A stretch of DNA of 64,000 nt from an uncultured delta proteobacterium (GCA_963737905.1 CAVTUQ010000031.1:16971-80970), one strand, 5' to 3'. Shown: positions 40,400 through 49,549, numbered from the stretch's first letter. Program-made: numbers and translations. The notes: a model not told the origin generated them from the sequence alone.

Positions 40400-41398
40400 A
40401 TGTTGATAGCGAAGCGATTTGCGATTCTTTTCGTTTTTATTATAGCGGCTTCCGCTAGCCCAGCGCAGGCCCAAAGCCTGCCGAAAGTCCGCGCCGCCTA
40501 TACGTCCATAGGCATTCAATTTGATCCGGTCTACATCATGAAGGAACTCAACCTGCCGCGTAAATATGGTCTCGATGTCGAGATGCTTTTTGTCCCGGTG
40601 AGCTCGCGGGCCGTGCAAGCGGCCTTGGCGGGCGAGTTGCAGTTTATTACAAGTGGCGGCGTGGCCAATATCAACGCGAATGTGACGGGCGCCGATTTCA
40701 CCGGGCTGACGGCGACGCTCAATACGTTCGTGTTCAAGATCATTGCGAACCCGGAGCTCAAAAAGCCTGAGGATTTGAAAGGAAAGAAGATCGGGATTTC
40801 TCGGCTGGGCGGTGCCAGCGATTTTTCCATCCGCTATGCGCTGACTCACTGGGGCCTGGTTCCTGATAAAGACGTGGCCCTTATCCAGGTAGGCGGTGAG
40901 CCCGAAGAGGTTCTGGCGCTGCAAAACAAGGCCGTGGACGCGGTGATTCTATCGGAGCCGTTTGCCACCGTTGCGAGGCGGGCGGGCGCCGTTGTGCTTG
41001 CTGACCTAAGTCAGCTCGGTGCGCCTTACACGATGCATGGCATCGGAGTGCGAAAGAGTTATATTAAGGCCAATCGGGACGTCGTCGTTCGTTTCATGAA
41101 AGCCTATCTCGAGGGCATCTATGTCTTCAAAACGAACAAAGAAGTTGCGCTGAACGTCCTGAAAAAATATACGCGGCTCGACGATCTCTCGCTGGTGCAA
41201 GTGTCTTACGACGAGATGTCCCAGAGATTGATCCGTAGAGTTCCTTACCCGGAGCCCGAAGGCATTCAAACCATCATCGATCAACTCGCCAAGACCCGCC
41301 CGCAGATGAAAAATCTCAATCCCAACGACTTCATCGATCCGACGATTTTGAAGGAGATCGAAGACAGCGGTTTCGTCAAGAAGCTATATGGAAATTGA
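40400..41398 (+). CDS. NMT1/SsuA-type ABC substrate-binding protein
   Basis: Signal peptide ending AQA; DLKGKKIGISRLG; FIDPTILKEIEDSGFV. Confidence 0.9.
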   Translation: MLIAKRFAILFVFIIAASASPAQAQSLPKVRAAYTSIGIQFDPVYIMKELNLPRKYGLDVEMLFVPVSSRAVQAALAGELQFITSGGVANINANVTGADFTGLTATLNTFVFKIIANPELKKPEDLKGKKIGISRLGGASDFSIRYALTHWGLVPDKDVALIQVGGEPEEVLALQNKAVDAVILSEPFATVARRAGAVVLADLSQLGAPYTMHGIGVRKSYIKANRDVVVRFMKAYLEGIYVFKTNKEVALNVLKKYTRLDDLSLVQVSYDEMSQRLIRRVPYPEPEGIQTIIDQLAKTRPQMKNLNPNDFIDPTILKEIEDSGFVKKLYGN

Positions 41399-41416
41399 TT
41401 AACCAGGGGGTTTGCA

Positions 41417-42493
41417 ATGATCATTGACGCCGATGCTCACGTCGAAGAGTCGCAGGCGATGTTCGATCGCCTGGATAAAGAGTATTACAGCCGCCGGCCG
41501 CTGCCGGTCCGCTTCGATGGCGATACGATTTTCGGTAAGTACAACGCGGTGTGGCTTATAGAAGGGGAGACTTATCCCAAGCTGGTCGGTAAAGGCGGGA
41601 CCATTTTCCGCACGCCTACTCTTATGGAAGCCGCGTCGTTGAAGCGGGAGAGTATTGACGCTCAGGAGATGACCGACATCGATGCGCGGCTCAGGGATAT
41701 GGACAAGGTCAAGATCGACATACAGGTCGTCTTTCCCAGCCTTTTCTTGACGACTACCGCTGACGATTTACGCCTGGAAGCAGCCCTGCTGCGGGCCTAC
41801 AATAGTTTTCTTGGGGAATGCAGCGCTGCATCGAAAGGAAGAATTCGGTTTGGCGCGCTGGTGCCGATCCGGGATATCGATGCATCGATAAAAGAAATCA
41901 AGCGGGCGGCAAAAATCGGTGCGGCAGGGATCATGTTGCACGGCATGGCATGGGACAAGCTCTTGGGTGACGAAAGCTTGTTCCCGTTCTATGAGGAGGC
42001 GGCCAATTTGAACCTACCCATTTGTGTCCACCTCGGCTGGGGCTGTCCCGCCATGACCGATATCTTTGATGCCTCGACGAATTTTTACAGTGCCATACTG
42101 CCGGTCACCATGGGGTTTCACAGCATTCTAACTTCGAATGCGTTCGAAAGAATTCCGAATCTCAGGTTTGGCTTCTTGGAAGCCGGCTGCGGCTGGGTGC
42201 CTTATGTCGCAAGACAAGTGAGAAGAGACAACGCCCGGCGCAGGGAAGCCAAGGACCCGATCGAGTACTTTCAGGCCGGCCGCGTCTTCGTCACTTGCGA
42301 AGCGGACGAGGACATCAACGGTGTCGCCCAAGTGATTGGCGAGGATTCGTTTGTGCTTGGCTCAGACTACCCCCACGGCGATCCGTCGCGCCAGGAAGAC
42401 ATGGTGGCAGAGTTCCGAGAAAGAAAAGATCTCTCGTCCCGCCTGGTCGAGAAAATGCTTTCCGATAATCCGAAAAGGCTCTACGGTCTATAA
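41417..42493 (+). CDS. Amidohydrolase family protein
   Basis: MIIDADAHVEE, PICVH, LEAGCGW, GSDYPH. Confidence 0.92.
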   Translation: MIIDADAHVEESQAMFDRLDKEYYSRRPLPVRFDGDTIFGKYNAVWLIEGETYPKLVGKGGTIFRTPTLMEAASLKRESIDAQEMTDIDARLRDMDKVKIDIQVVFPSLFLTTTADDLRLEAALLRAYNSFLGECSAASKGRIRFGALVPIRDIDASIKEIKRAAKIGAAGIMLHGMAWDKLLGDESLFPFYEEAANLNLPICVHLGWGCPAMTDIFDASTNFYSAILPVTMGFHSILTSNAFERIPNLRFGFLEAGCGWVPYVARQVRRDNARRREAKDPIEYFQAGRVFVTCEADEDINGVAQVIGEDSFVLGSDYPHGDPSRQEDMVAEFRERKDLSSRLVEKMLSDNPKRLYGL

Positions 42494-42640
42494 GGGGAAA
42501 TTGGGGTCAACCACAAAGATCGCAAAGGGCATAAAGAAAATTTGTCTTCTGTGCGTACTTTGCGGTTAGGGCCTGTGAAACCTCTTCCCCCTCGACGGGG
42601 GAAGACAGAGATATAAGGGTGATAACCCAGGGTGTCTCAA

Positions 42641-42664
42641 ATTTGATTCACCCCTGAATCAAAT
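42641..42664. repeat. Perfect 10-bp inverted repeat upstream of the binding-protein array
   Basis: ATTTGATTCA-CCCC-TGAATCAAAT. Confidence 0.75.
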
Positions 42665-42916
42665 CCGCTACGCCTGGTGGTTGACGCCCAGGGTCCACCC
42701 AATTCTCGTCGTGAAAATCTTCCATCATTACAATATGTTTCTGGTCCATTCTCTTTCTGCCAAACTGTGGTATATCGCTTGCTCCATAAACTGACACGTC
42801 ATCGTATAGGTGGGAGGCGGTGGGGGCGACGACTTGAACGTCTTGCACGGTTTGAACCACTTGAACTATTTTAGCTCGGTGTTCGGCGGTCTCACCTTTA
42901 GAAAGGGGGAGTCCTG

Positions 42917-43921
42917 GTGCAAACTCAAAGTTCCAAAATAATTAACCTCATAATCGTACTAATCGTGATGATTCTTTTGTGGACACCTCTCATCGAGGCG
43001 CAGCCGACGCAGAAGACTGCTCGGATTGGGCTCCTAGGCGGCATGTCCGCTTCGACCTTTGCGGAGCGGATGGAAGTATTCCGCCAGCAGCTCTTGGAAC
43101 TAGGTTACATAGAGGGAAAAAATATGATCTTCGAAGAACGTTGGGCGGAGGGAAAGCTGGAACGTCTTCCCCATCTCGCGTCCGAATTGATCGGACGGAA
43201 GGTCGACGTGATGGTCACGTTCGGCGGTGCCGCACCCGCTACGGTCGCCAAGAAAGCGACCAGCACCATTCCCATTGTCATGGCGGCGGGCGGCAGTGAT
43301 CCTGTGAAAGCAGGTTTAGTCATGAGCTTTGCTCGTCCGGGCGGGAATATCACTGGGCTCGCGAACAGTTTCACGGAGTTACGCGGCAAGCAAATGGAAC
43401 TCCTCCAAGAGACCATCCCCAAACTCTCTCGGATCGCGGTTATCTGGAACCCTGAGAGTCCTGCAGGCGCCACTCGGTACCGAGAGACGCAAGAAGAGGC
43501 GCGAGCACTAGGACTTAGGTTGCAAAGCCTCGAGGTGCGTAAAGCCGACGATTTTGAGAATGTGTTTCAGGCCGCAAAGAAACAACGTGTCGGTGCGCTT
43601 CTCGTAACCGCCAACCCATTGATGTTTACAAACTTCAGCCGCATCGCTGGGCTCGCGACAAAGAACCACCTGCCCGCCATCCATTCGCAGAGAGAATTTG
43701 TCGAAGCCGGCGGATTGATGATGTACGGACCGAGCGAGGCAGAGATCTACCGTCGCGCGGCCATTTACGTTGACAAGATTCTAAAAGGTGCGAAGGCCGC
43801 CGAGTTGCCGGTGGAACGACCGTCAAAGTTTCAACTCATATTTAATCTCAAAACCGCCAAACAGATCGGGTTAACAATTCCTCCTAATGTTTTGGCGAGA
43901 GCCGACAAAGTAATCCGATGA
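42917..43921 (+). CDS. ABC_sub_bind family substrate-binding protein
   Basis: [54 protein letters not shown]. Confidence 0.92.
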   Translation: MQTQSSKIINLIIVLIVMILLWTPLIEAQPTQKTARIGLLGGMSASTFAERMEVFRQQLLELGYIEGKNMIFEERWAEGKLERLPHLASELIGRKVDVMVTFGGAAPATVAKKATSTIPIVMAAGGSDPVKAGLVMSFARPGGNITGLANSFTELRGKQMELLQETIPKLSRIAVIWNPESPAGATRYRETQEEARALGLRLQSLEVRKADDFENVFQAAKKQRVGALLVTANPLMFTNFSRIAGLATKNHLPAIHSQREFVEAGGLMMYGPSEAEIYRRAAIYVDKILKGAKAAELPVERPSKFQLIFNLKTAKQIGLTIPPNVLARADKVIR

Positions 43922-44064
43922 TGAGCACTGCGTGCGTTCCAATGGTTCCAAATGTTCCAGTTCCAGCCGTTCTAATCGTCTGAGAACGAAATCAAGCAAA
44001 AAGCACAAGCGCGTGACGTAATGACTCAAGCTTTCTAAACACTAATTTAATCCGGGGGAAACCG

Positions 44065-45045
44065 ATGCCCACTATCCTCTTCCTCGCTCTCCTCGCTTCT
44101 TTAATCTCGGTGTCTTCACAAGTGGTCGAGGCACAACAGACAAAGAAGGTCCCACGGATCGGTATTTTGCGAGCGGGCGGGCCGCCTCCCAGTGGCTTTC
44201 CCGATGAATTCCTTCAGGGGCTTCGGGATCTCGGCTACATAGAACACAAAAATATGGTTATAGAGATCCGCTATGCCGAGGGTAACCGAGATCGATTGCG
44301 CGAATTAGCAAAGGAACTCGTCCGCCTGAAGGTGGATGCAATCTTTACCGCTTCCAGTCCAGCTGTTTTTGCTCTCAAACAAGCGACGAACACCATCCCG
44401 ATCATCATCGTAAGCTCGACCGATCCGGTTCAGGCTGGTATCGTCGCTAGTTTGGCAAACCCCGGTGGTAATATCACAGGCATGTCTCTGATTGCGTCAG
44501 ACCTTTGGCCCAAGCGATTGGAGTTGCTTAAGGAAATTCTCCCTAAAGCCTCAAAAATCACCATGTTTTGGAATAAGAGCAATACCGGCATGGCGATTGA
44601 GGCGAAAGCAACCCGAGAGGCAGCCGGAGTAATGGGGGTTACGTTGCAGGACGGAGGTGTGAAAGACGACGGGGAGATCGACGCGGTTTTTGAGGCAATA
44701 AATAGGGAGAGACCGGACGCGTTTCTCGCGTTAATGGATATAACGCTCCGTGCTCACCGGAAACGGATTTTGGAGTTTTTAGAAAGAAATCGCTTGCCGG
44801 CAATATTCGAAAGCAAAGACTGGGTCGAGGCCGGCGGACTTATATCCTATGGGGCAGACAGTTCTGCGGTTACACGGCGAGCCGCCCTTCAAATGGACAA
44901 GATCCTCAAAGGCGCAAAGCCCTCTGAGATTCCTGTCGAGCAGCCAATGAAATTTGAGCTCGTGATCAATCTCAAAACCGCCAAGCAAATTGGCCTGACG
45001 ATTCCACCGAACGTGCTGGCCAGAGCGGACAGGGTCATAAGATAG
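44065..45045 (+). CDS. ABC_sub_bind family substrate-binding protein
   Basis: Same family motifs; closest in the window to 46364..47341 (shared SLxASDLWPKRLELLKE, FWNKSN). Confidence 0.92.
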   Translation: MPTILFLALLASLISVSSQVVEAQQTKKVPRIGILRAGGPPPSGFPDEFLQGLRDLGYIEHKNMVIEIRYAEGNRDRLRELAKELVRLKVDAIFTASSPAVFALKQATNTIPIIIVSSTDPVQAGIVASLANPGGNITGMSLIASDLWPKRLELLKEILPKASKITMFWNKSNTGMAIEAKATREAAGVMGVTLQDGGVKDDGEIDAVFEAINRERPDAFLALMDITLRAHRKRILEFLERNRLPAIFESKDWVEAGGLISYGADSSAVTRRAALQMDKILKGAKPSEIPVEQPMKFELVINLKTAKQIGLTIPPNVLARADRVIR

Positions 45046-46183
45046 CAGGGAGCAAGGAGCATGGAGCGGTACAACGCGGGAGGAATCCATGAGAAAAATA
45101 TTCTTCGGTCTTAAGATTAGCCCTTTGCCCTTTGCGCTTAGCTCAGTCGGCGCTCTGCTTTTTGCACTTTGCTCGTCGGTTGAGGCGCAGCAGCCGGGCA
45201 AAATCCCGCGGATCGGATTTTTGCAGCGAAGAGTGGCACCTACCCCTACCAATCCCGATCCGCTTTGGGACGCTTTTCGGGAAGGGCTAAGCGAGCTTGG
45301 TTACATAGACGAAAAGAATATCAAGATAGAGCACCGCTATGCGGAGGGAAGGACGGACCGTCTGCCGGGACTCGTCGCCGAATTTCTGCAACTGAAGGTC
45401 GATGTGATTGTGGTGCCAGGTGGCCCGGCAATCCGTGCAGCCAGAAAAGCGACTACTACCACTCCGATTGTTATTGTGACTCAAGAAGATCCAGTGACGG
45501 CTAAGTTCGTTCAAAGTCTGGCGCGCCCCGGCGGTAACATCACTGGTCTTACCAGACTTACCAGCGAATTGAGTGGCAAACGGCTAGAGTTATTCAAAGA
45601 AGCGGTCCCGGCGATCTCGCGCGTTGCGATTCTTATAGGAGGCGGGGATTTTCGGGGAAATGTTGAAGACTACGAGGGAGCTGCCCGTGGCCTCAATGTA
45701 ACTCTGTTGCCGGTACGTCTGACTGGTCCCAAGCCCAATCTTGAAGATCCGTTTCAATCCGCTGTCAAAGCGGGCGTAAACGCTGTTGTTACTAACCGCG
45801 ATGCGCTGACCGCAAGTTACGCGAAACAGATCGCGGACCTTTCGATAAAGCACCGGCTGCCCTCGATGAACGAGGATAGTCCGTACGTAGAAGCCGGCGG
45901 CCTCATGTCTTATGCAGCCAACGACGCCGAACAATTCCGACGCGCCGCGTACTACGTGGACAGAATTTTAAAGGGAACCAAGCCTGCTGATCTGCCCATT
46001 GAACAGCCGACAAAGTTCGAGTTCGTCATCAATCTCAACACAGCGAAGCAGATCGGCCTGACGATCCCGCCGAATGTGCTGGTTAGAGCGGACAGAGTCA
46101 TCAAATAGCATGGAGCAGGGAGCAAGGAGCATGGAGCGGCACAACGCGGGAGGAATCCATGAGAAAAATATTCTTTGGTCTTA
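45044..46183 (+). repeat. 70-bp direct repeat (45044-45113 and 46114-46183) covering heptamer array, RBS and first codons
   Basis: agcagggagcaaggagcatggagcggYacaacgcgggaggaatccatgagaaaaatattcttYggtctta, 68/70 identical. Confidence 0.9.
45089..46108 (+). CDS. ABC_sub_bind family substrate-binding protein
   Basis: [42 protein letters not shown]. Confidence 0.92.
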   Translation: MRKIFFGLKISPLPFALSSVGALLFALCSSVEAQQPGKIPRIGFLQRRVAPTPTNPDPLWDAFREGLSELGYIDEKNIKIEHRYAEGRTDRLPGLVAEFLQLKVDVIVVPGGPAIRAARKATTTTPIVIVTQEDPVTAKFVQSLARPGGNITGLTRLTSELSGKRLELFKEAVPAISRVAILIGGGDFRGNVEDYEGAARGLNVTLLPVRLTGPKPNLEDPFQSAVKAGVNAVVTNRDALTASYAKQIADLSIKHRLPSMNEDSPYVEAGGLMSYAANDAEQFRRAAYYVDRILKGTKPADLPIEQPTKFEFVINLNTAKQIGLTIPPNVLVRADRVIK

Positions 46184-46347
46184 CGCTTAACCATTTGCTC
46201 TTTGCGCTTTGCTCGGTCGGCGCTCCGCGCTTTACGCATCGCCGAGGCACAGCGGCCGGAGAAAACTGCTCGGATTGGGCTTCTAGGCAGCATGTCGGCT
46301 TCGACATTCGCGGATGGGGTTCGATAACCGTGCAGGCAGTTAATTAA
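46159..46347 (+). pseudogene. Truncated chimeric ABC_sub_bind 5' fragment
   Basis: Leader resembles the 45089 gene. The segment ~46244-46314 (gaggcacagcggccggagaaaactgctcggattgggcttctaggcagcatgtcggcttcgacattcgcgga) matches the 42917 gene at ~42994-43064. Frameshifted and truncated. Confidence 0.8.
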
Positions 46348-46363
46348 TTACCAGGATAATACC

Positions 46364-47341
46364 ATGAAAAAAAACATCGGCGTTTTAACCTTGGTCGCGC
46401 TTGTTATTTTCCCGATATATGCTGCCACTGCGCAGCAACAATCAACGATTCCCCGGATCGGGATTTTGCGAGCGGGGGCGCCTCCAGACGCCACTCTGCA
46501 ATCCTTCCTGCAGGCGATGCGAGAACTCGGTTATCTCGAAGGGAAAAATATCCTCATTGAAATACGATACGCGGAAGGCAACCAAAAACGTTCTGCCGAA
46601 CTTGCAAGGGAGCTGGTCAAACTCAACGTTGACGCGCTCTTCACCTCGGGTACGCGAGCCATTCTCGATCTTAAGGAGGCGACGAAGGTTATCCCCATTG
46701 TCTTTGTCAGCACGAGTGATCCGATTGGCACTGGCATGGTCGAGAGTCTGGCGCAACCCGGAGGCAACCTGACAGGTATGTCCCTGCTCGCCTCTGATCT
46801 CTGGCCCAAACGCTTAGAGCTGCTTAAGGAGATGCTTTCCAAGCTTACACGCGCGGCGATGTTCTGGAACAAGAGCAATGCTGGGATGGGGCTCGAAGCG
46901 AAAGCAACGTTGGAATCAGCGGGTACATTGGGTGTCGTTTTGCAAGATCGGGGAATGAAAGACACGAATGAGCTCGAGACGGTTTTAGGAATGATAACAA
47001 AAGATCCTCCCGATGGGTTACTCGCTATGATGGATTTAAGTCTGAGGCCACACCAAAAGCGGATTCTTGAATTTTTAGTAACCGCCCGCATTCCGGCGAT
47101 TTTTGAAGATAAGAACTGGGTGGAGACCGGGGGACTGGTGTCCTATGGGCCAAGCTCTGTTGACGTGATTAGACGCGCGGCCATCAAGATGGACAAGATT
47201 CTCAAAGGCGCCAAGCCGGCCGATCTTCCGGTTGAGCAGCCGATGAAGTTTGAGTTTGTTATCAATCTGAAGACTGCAAAGCAGATCGGCCTAACCATTC
47301 CGCCCAACGTGCTGGCGCGGGCGGATCGAGTCATAAAATGA
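46364..47341 (+). CDS. ABC_sub_bind family substrate-binding protein
   Basis: [42 protein letters not shown]. Confidence 0.92.
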   Translation: MKKNIGVLTLVALVIFPIYAATAQQQSTIPRIGILRAGAPPDATLQSFLQAMRELGYLEGKNILIEIRYAEGNQKRSAELARELVKLNVDALFTSGTRAILDLKEATKVIPIVFVSTSDPIGTGMVESLAQPGGNLTGMSLLASDLWPKRLELLKEMLSKLTRAAMFWNKSNAGMGLEAKATLESAGTLGVVLQDRGMKDTNELETVLGMITKDPPDGLLAMMDLSLRPHQKRILEFLVTARIPAIFEDKNWVETGGLVSYGPSSVDVIRRAAIKMDKILKGAKPADLPVEQPMKFEFVINLKTAKQIGLTIPPNVLARADRVIK

Positions 47342-47535
47342 AGCAAGATCCTTCACGTTCGTTCAGGACAAGTTTTGGATTTTAGATTGCCGATTTTCGA
47401 TTTAGGGAAAAACAAATTCGTGAGCGAACCTTCCCTTTGAGGAGTCAACCAAAGTATTTCGTAGTCACGCTTATCACAGATGGGTGAGAATTTGGAAGCT
47501 TGCGTGGATGTGGGCATGACTTGTAATCTGGCCCA

Positions 47536-47880
47536 ATGCTTCTGCCAAACGGCGAGCGGGCAATCGTGGATATCAGTAAATTGCGCGACTATTGCCTTAA
47601 TCCGGATAATGCCCGGGGAAGCCGCAAGGCACGCGTTTTTAGATCTGCCCTGGGAATGACAAAAGTCGATGCGCCGGCGCTTCGGCAAAGGTTGTTGCGA
47701 GTCGCTGCTTCGGGACAAGCAAAGGTGGGCGAGCTTGACAGGTATGGCCAACGGTACACGATAGACTTCGAATTGCCGAAAGGGACGCGAAAAGTAGTCG
47801 TGCGCAGCGGTTGGATTATTTTAAGCAATGAGACTGTGCCGCGTCTCACGACGTGTTACGTTATAAAGAGGAGCAGATAA
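47536..47880 (+). CDS. DUF6883-like protein (putative toxin/nuclease-fold)
   Basis: LPNGERAIVDISKLRDYCLNP...KARVFRSALG...YGQRY...SGWII...PRLTTCYV; coupled to a DUF4926 gene. Confidence 0.75.
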   Translation: MLLPNGERAIVDISKLRDYCLNPDNARGSRKARVFRSALGMTKVDAPALRQRLLRVAASGQAKVGELDRYGQRYTIDFELPKGTRKVVVRSGWIILSNETVPRLTTCYVIKRSR

Positions 47881-48110
47881 TGGCGAAGCGAAAAATTAAA
47901 CTGCTGAGCACGGTGGCATTGAACGAGGATTTACCTGGACGCAAGCTCAAGCGCGGCGAAGTCGGGACTGTTGTTGAAGTTCTCGCCCCGGATGTATACG
48001 AGGTTGAGTTTTGTGACGAAGACGGGCAAACGTACGCTGAACTGGCGCTAAGAGGCGACCAACTCATACCCCTCCATAATCAAGGAGACCCGCTGAAGAT
48101 CGTTGCATGA
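47880..48110 (+). CDS. DUF4926 domain protein (putative antitoxin/immunity)
   Basis: IKLLSTVALNEDLP...GEVGTVVEVLAPDVYEVEFCDEDGQTYA; TAATG coupling and GAGGAG RBS. Confidence 0.82.
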   Translation: MAKRKIKLLSTVALNEDLPGRKLKRGEVGTVVEVLAPDVYEVEFCDEDGQTYAELALRGDQLIPLHNQGDPLKIVA

Positions 48111-48155
48111 TCGTTCCACGTCGGTCCAGGAGTGAGTCAGAGCGACATCACTTAC

Positions 48156-48287
48156 GACAGGATTCTCAAAGGCGCTAAGCCGGGGGAGCTTCCGGTGGAG
48201 CAACCGAAGAAATTTGAGTTCGCCAAACAGATCGGCCTGACGATTCCGCCGAATGTTTTGGCGCGGGCGGATCGGGTGATTCGGTGA
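48156..48287 (+). pseudogene. Orphan 3' end of an ABC_sub_bind gene
   Basis: [43 protein letters not shown], lacking the VINLKT hexapeptide; no 5' portion. Confidence 0.88.
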
Positions 48288-48357
48288 GGAGTGATATGTG
48301 AAGGGTTAGCCGAAAAACGCGCTAGGTAAAGAAAAGGAAATGGATAGTTGTTCCGGA

Positions 48358-48771
48358 TTAGGGGATGATTTGGAAAGCTCGGTTTCGATGCATTCTGTAG
48401 ATGGAAAAGCCCCGGCGGTCCAACGTGAACACCCACTCGGTTTCAAGTTCTTCCGCCAAAACAGCCAGCGTGGCGTCCGCGAAATCCATCGGGACGTTGC
48501 GGTACTTTTCCATCAGGACCGTGACTCGTTGGAGACTTTTCGTCGACGAAGGCACCAACTGAAAGGCGCCTCTGAGGATAAACTGAAGACAAGTTTTTTG
48601 CGCGTGCCACCCCGGTCCGACCAAGTAAAGGGTTTCGGTCAATACCGCTTCCGTGGTGACGACGGGGCCGGTCCATTGTTCCAACGCGGCGACGCAGTTA
48701 TCGTGTAGCCTCTCGTCACGGTCCACGAGCGCCACAAAGGCTCCTGTATCGAGCAGAAGTTCAGCGGCCAC
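48358..48771 (-). CDS. vapC: PIN-domain toxin
   Basis: LLLDTGAFVAL, TTEAVLTE, PMDFADA, FTLDRRGF. Confidence 0.92.
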   Translation of the reverse strand: MAAELLLDTGAFVALVDRDERLHDNCVAALEQWTGPVVTTEAVLTETLYLVGPGWHAQKTCLQFILRGAFQLVPSSTKSLQRVTVLMEKYRNVPMDFADATLAVLAEELETEWVFTLDRRGFSIYRMHRNRAFQIIP

Positions 48772-49009
48772 GGCGTAACCGACGGGTCAGGTACTCGCGA
48801 TGGCGCTGACCCAAGTCGGGCCGGCCGCTGGCAACACTGCCGAGAAGATCGCGTACACGTTCGATGGGCCGCATCTCCGGCTGGGTGTCAAGGTATTGTT
48901 CCAGAGCCTCGCGTACCACTTCCGAGCGCTTGCGTTTTAGCAGTTTGGCTGACCGTTCTAATTTGGTGGCAAGATCCGCCGACAATCGCATGGTTAATTG
49001 GCGTTCCAT
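48761..49009 (-). CDS. vapB: Ribbon-helix-helix (CopG-like) antitoxin
   Basis: MERQLTMRLS...KRSEVVREALEQYL; overlaps the toxin start; GGGAG RBS. Confidence 0.88.
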   Translation of the reverse strand: MERQLTMRLSADLATKLERSAKLLKRKRSEVVREALEQYLDTQPEMRPIERVRDLLGSVASGRPDLGQRHREYLTRRLRRGR

Positions 49010-49023
49010 AAAATGTCTCCCAT

Positions 49024-49042
49024 TGTATTGCAGTGTAATGCA
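49024..49042. promoter_or_regulatory. Putative autoregulatory operator of vapBC
   Basis: Imperfect palindrome TGTATTGCA-G-TGTAATGCA just upstream of the antitoxin RBS. Confidence 0.5.
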
Positions 49043-49086
49043 GTGAATTGCAAAAGTCCAACTCAACATGACGAACGTCCAGCAGC

Positions 49087-49296
49087 GGCCTGACGATTAC
49101 GCCCAACATGTTGGCGCGCAATCCGTTTAACCCCTTGGGTGTCAAGGGCGTAGGCGAGGCCGGATGTAACGGGGCGCCGCCGGCGGTGGCCAACGCTGTC
49201 ATGGACGCGTTAGCGCCGCTCGGTATCGACCACATCGACATGCCCTACACCGCGCCCAAACTCTGGGCGGCGATATGGCAGGCCGAAGGACACTGA
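49087..49296 (+). pseudogene. Chimeric remnant: ABC_sub_bind 3' motif fused to the C-terminus of a CoxL/XdhB-family molybdopterin subunit
   Basis: GLTITPNMLAR followed in frame by NPFNPLGVKGVGEAGCNGAPPAVANAVMDALAPLGIDHIDMPYTAPKLW. Confidence 0.8.
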
Positions 49297-49549
49297 CGCG
49301 CGGTTTCATTTTCGCTCGTATTGAGTCTTGTGCTGCCACCAAACACACCGCCCATTTCAAACGCCTCCGAGAAATCGACTTCTCTCGCGCTCGCATCGGA
49401 AATTTTGTGAACAGCCTAGAAGTCGAATTTTCCGACGTTCAATCAATAGAGAACAGGAATCAAGTTTGCGGCGAGGACGTTAGTTTGCATATATAAGGGG
49501 CGGACAAGTTCATGTTAAGCAGCAGTATTTTCGTAGGAGGATGTAGTTC

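Noticed and set aside
47341-49119. Classical integron
   Set aside because: No tyrosine integrase in the window, and I could not identify RYYYAAC...GTTRRRY attC sites at the cassette borders.
49330-49420. Possible MITE end (...gtgaacagcctag), and a similar repeat start at ~56977
   Set aside because: No matching partner end or second copy within the window.
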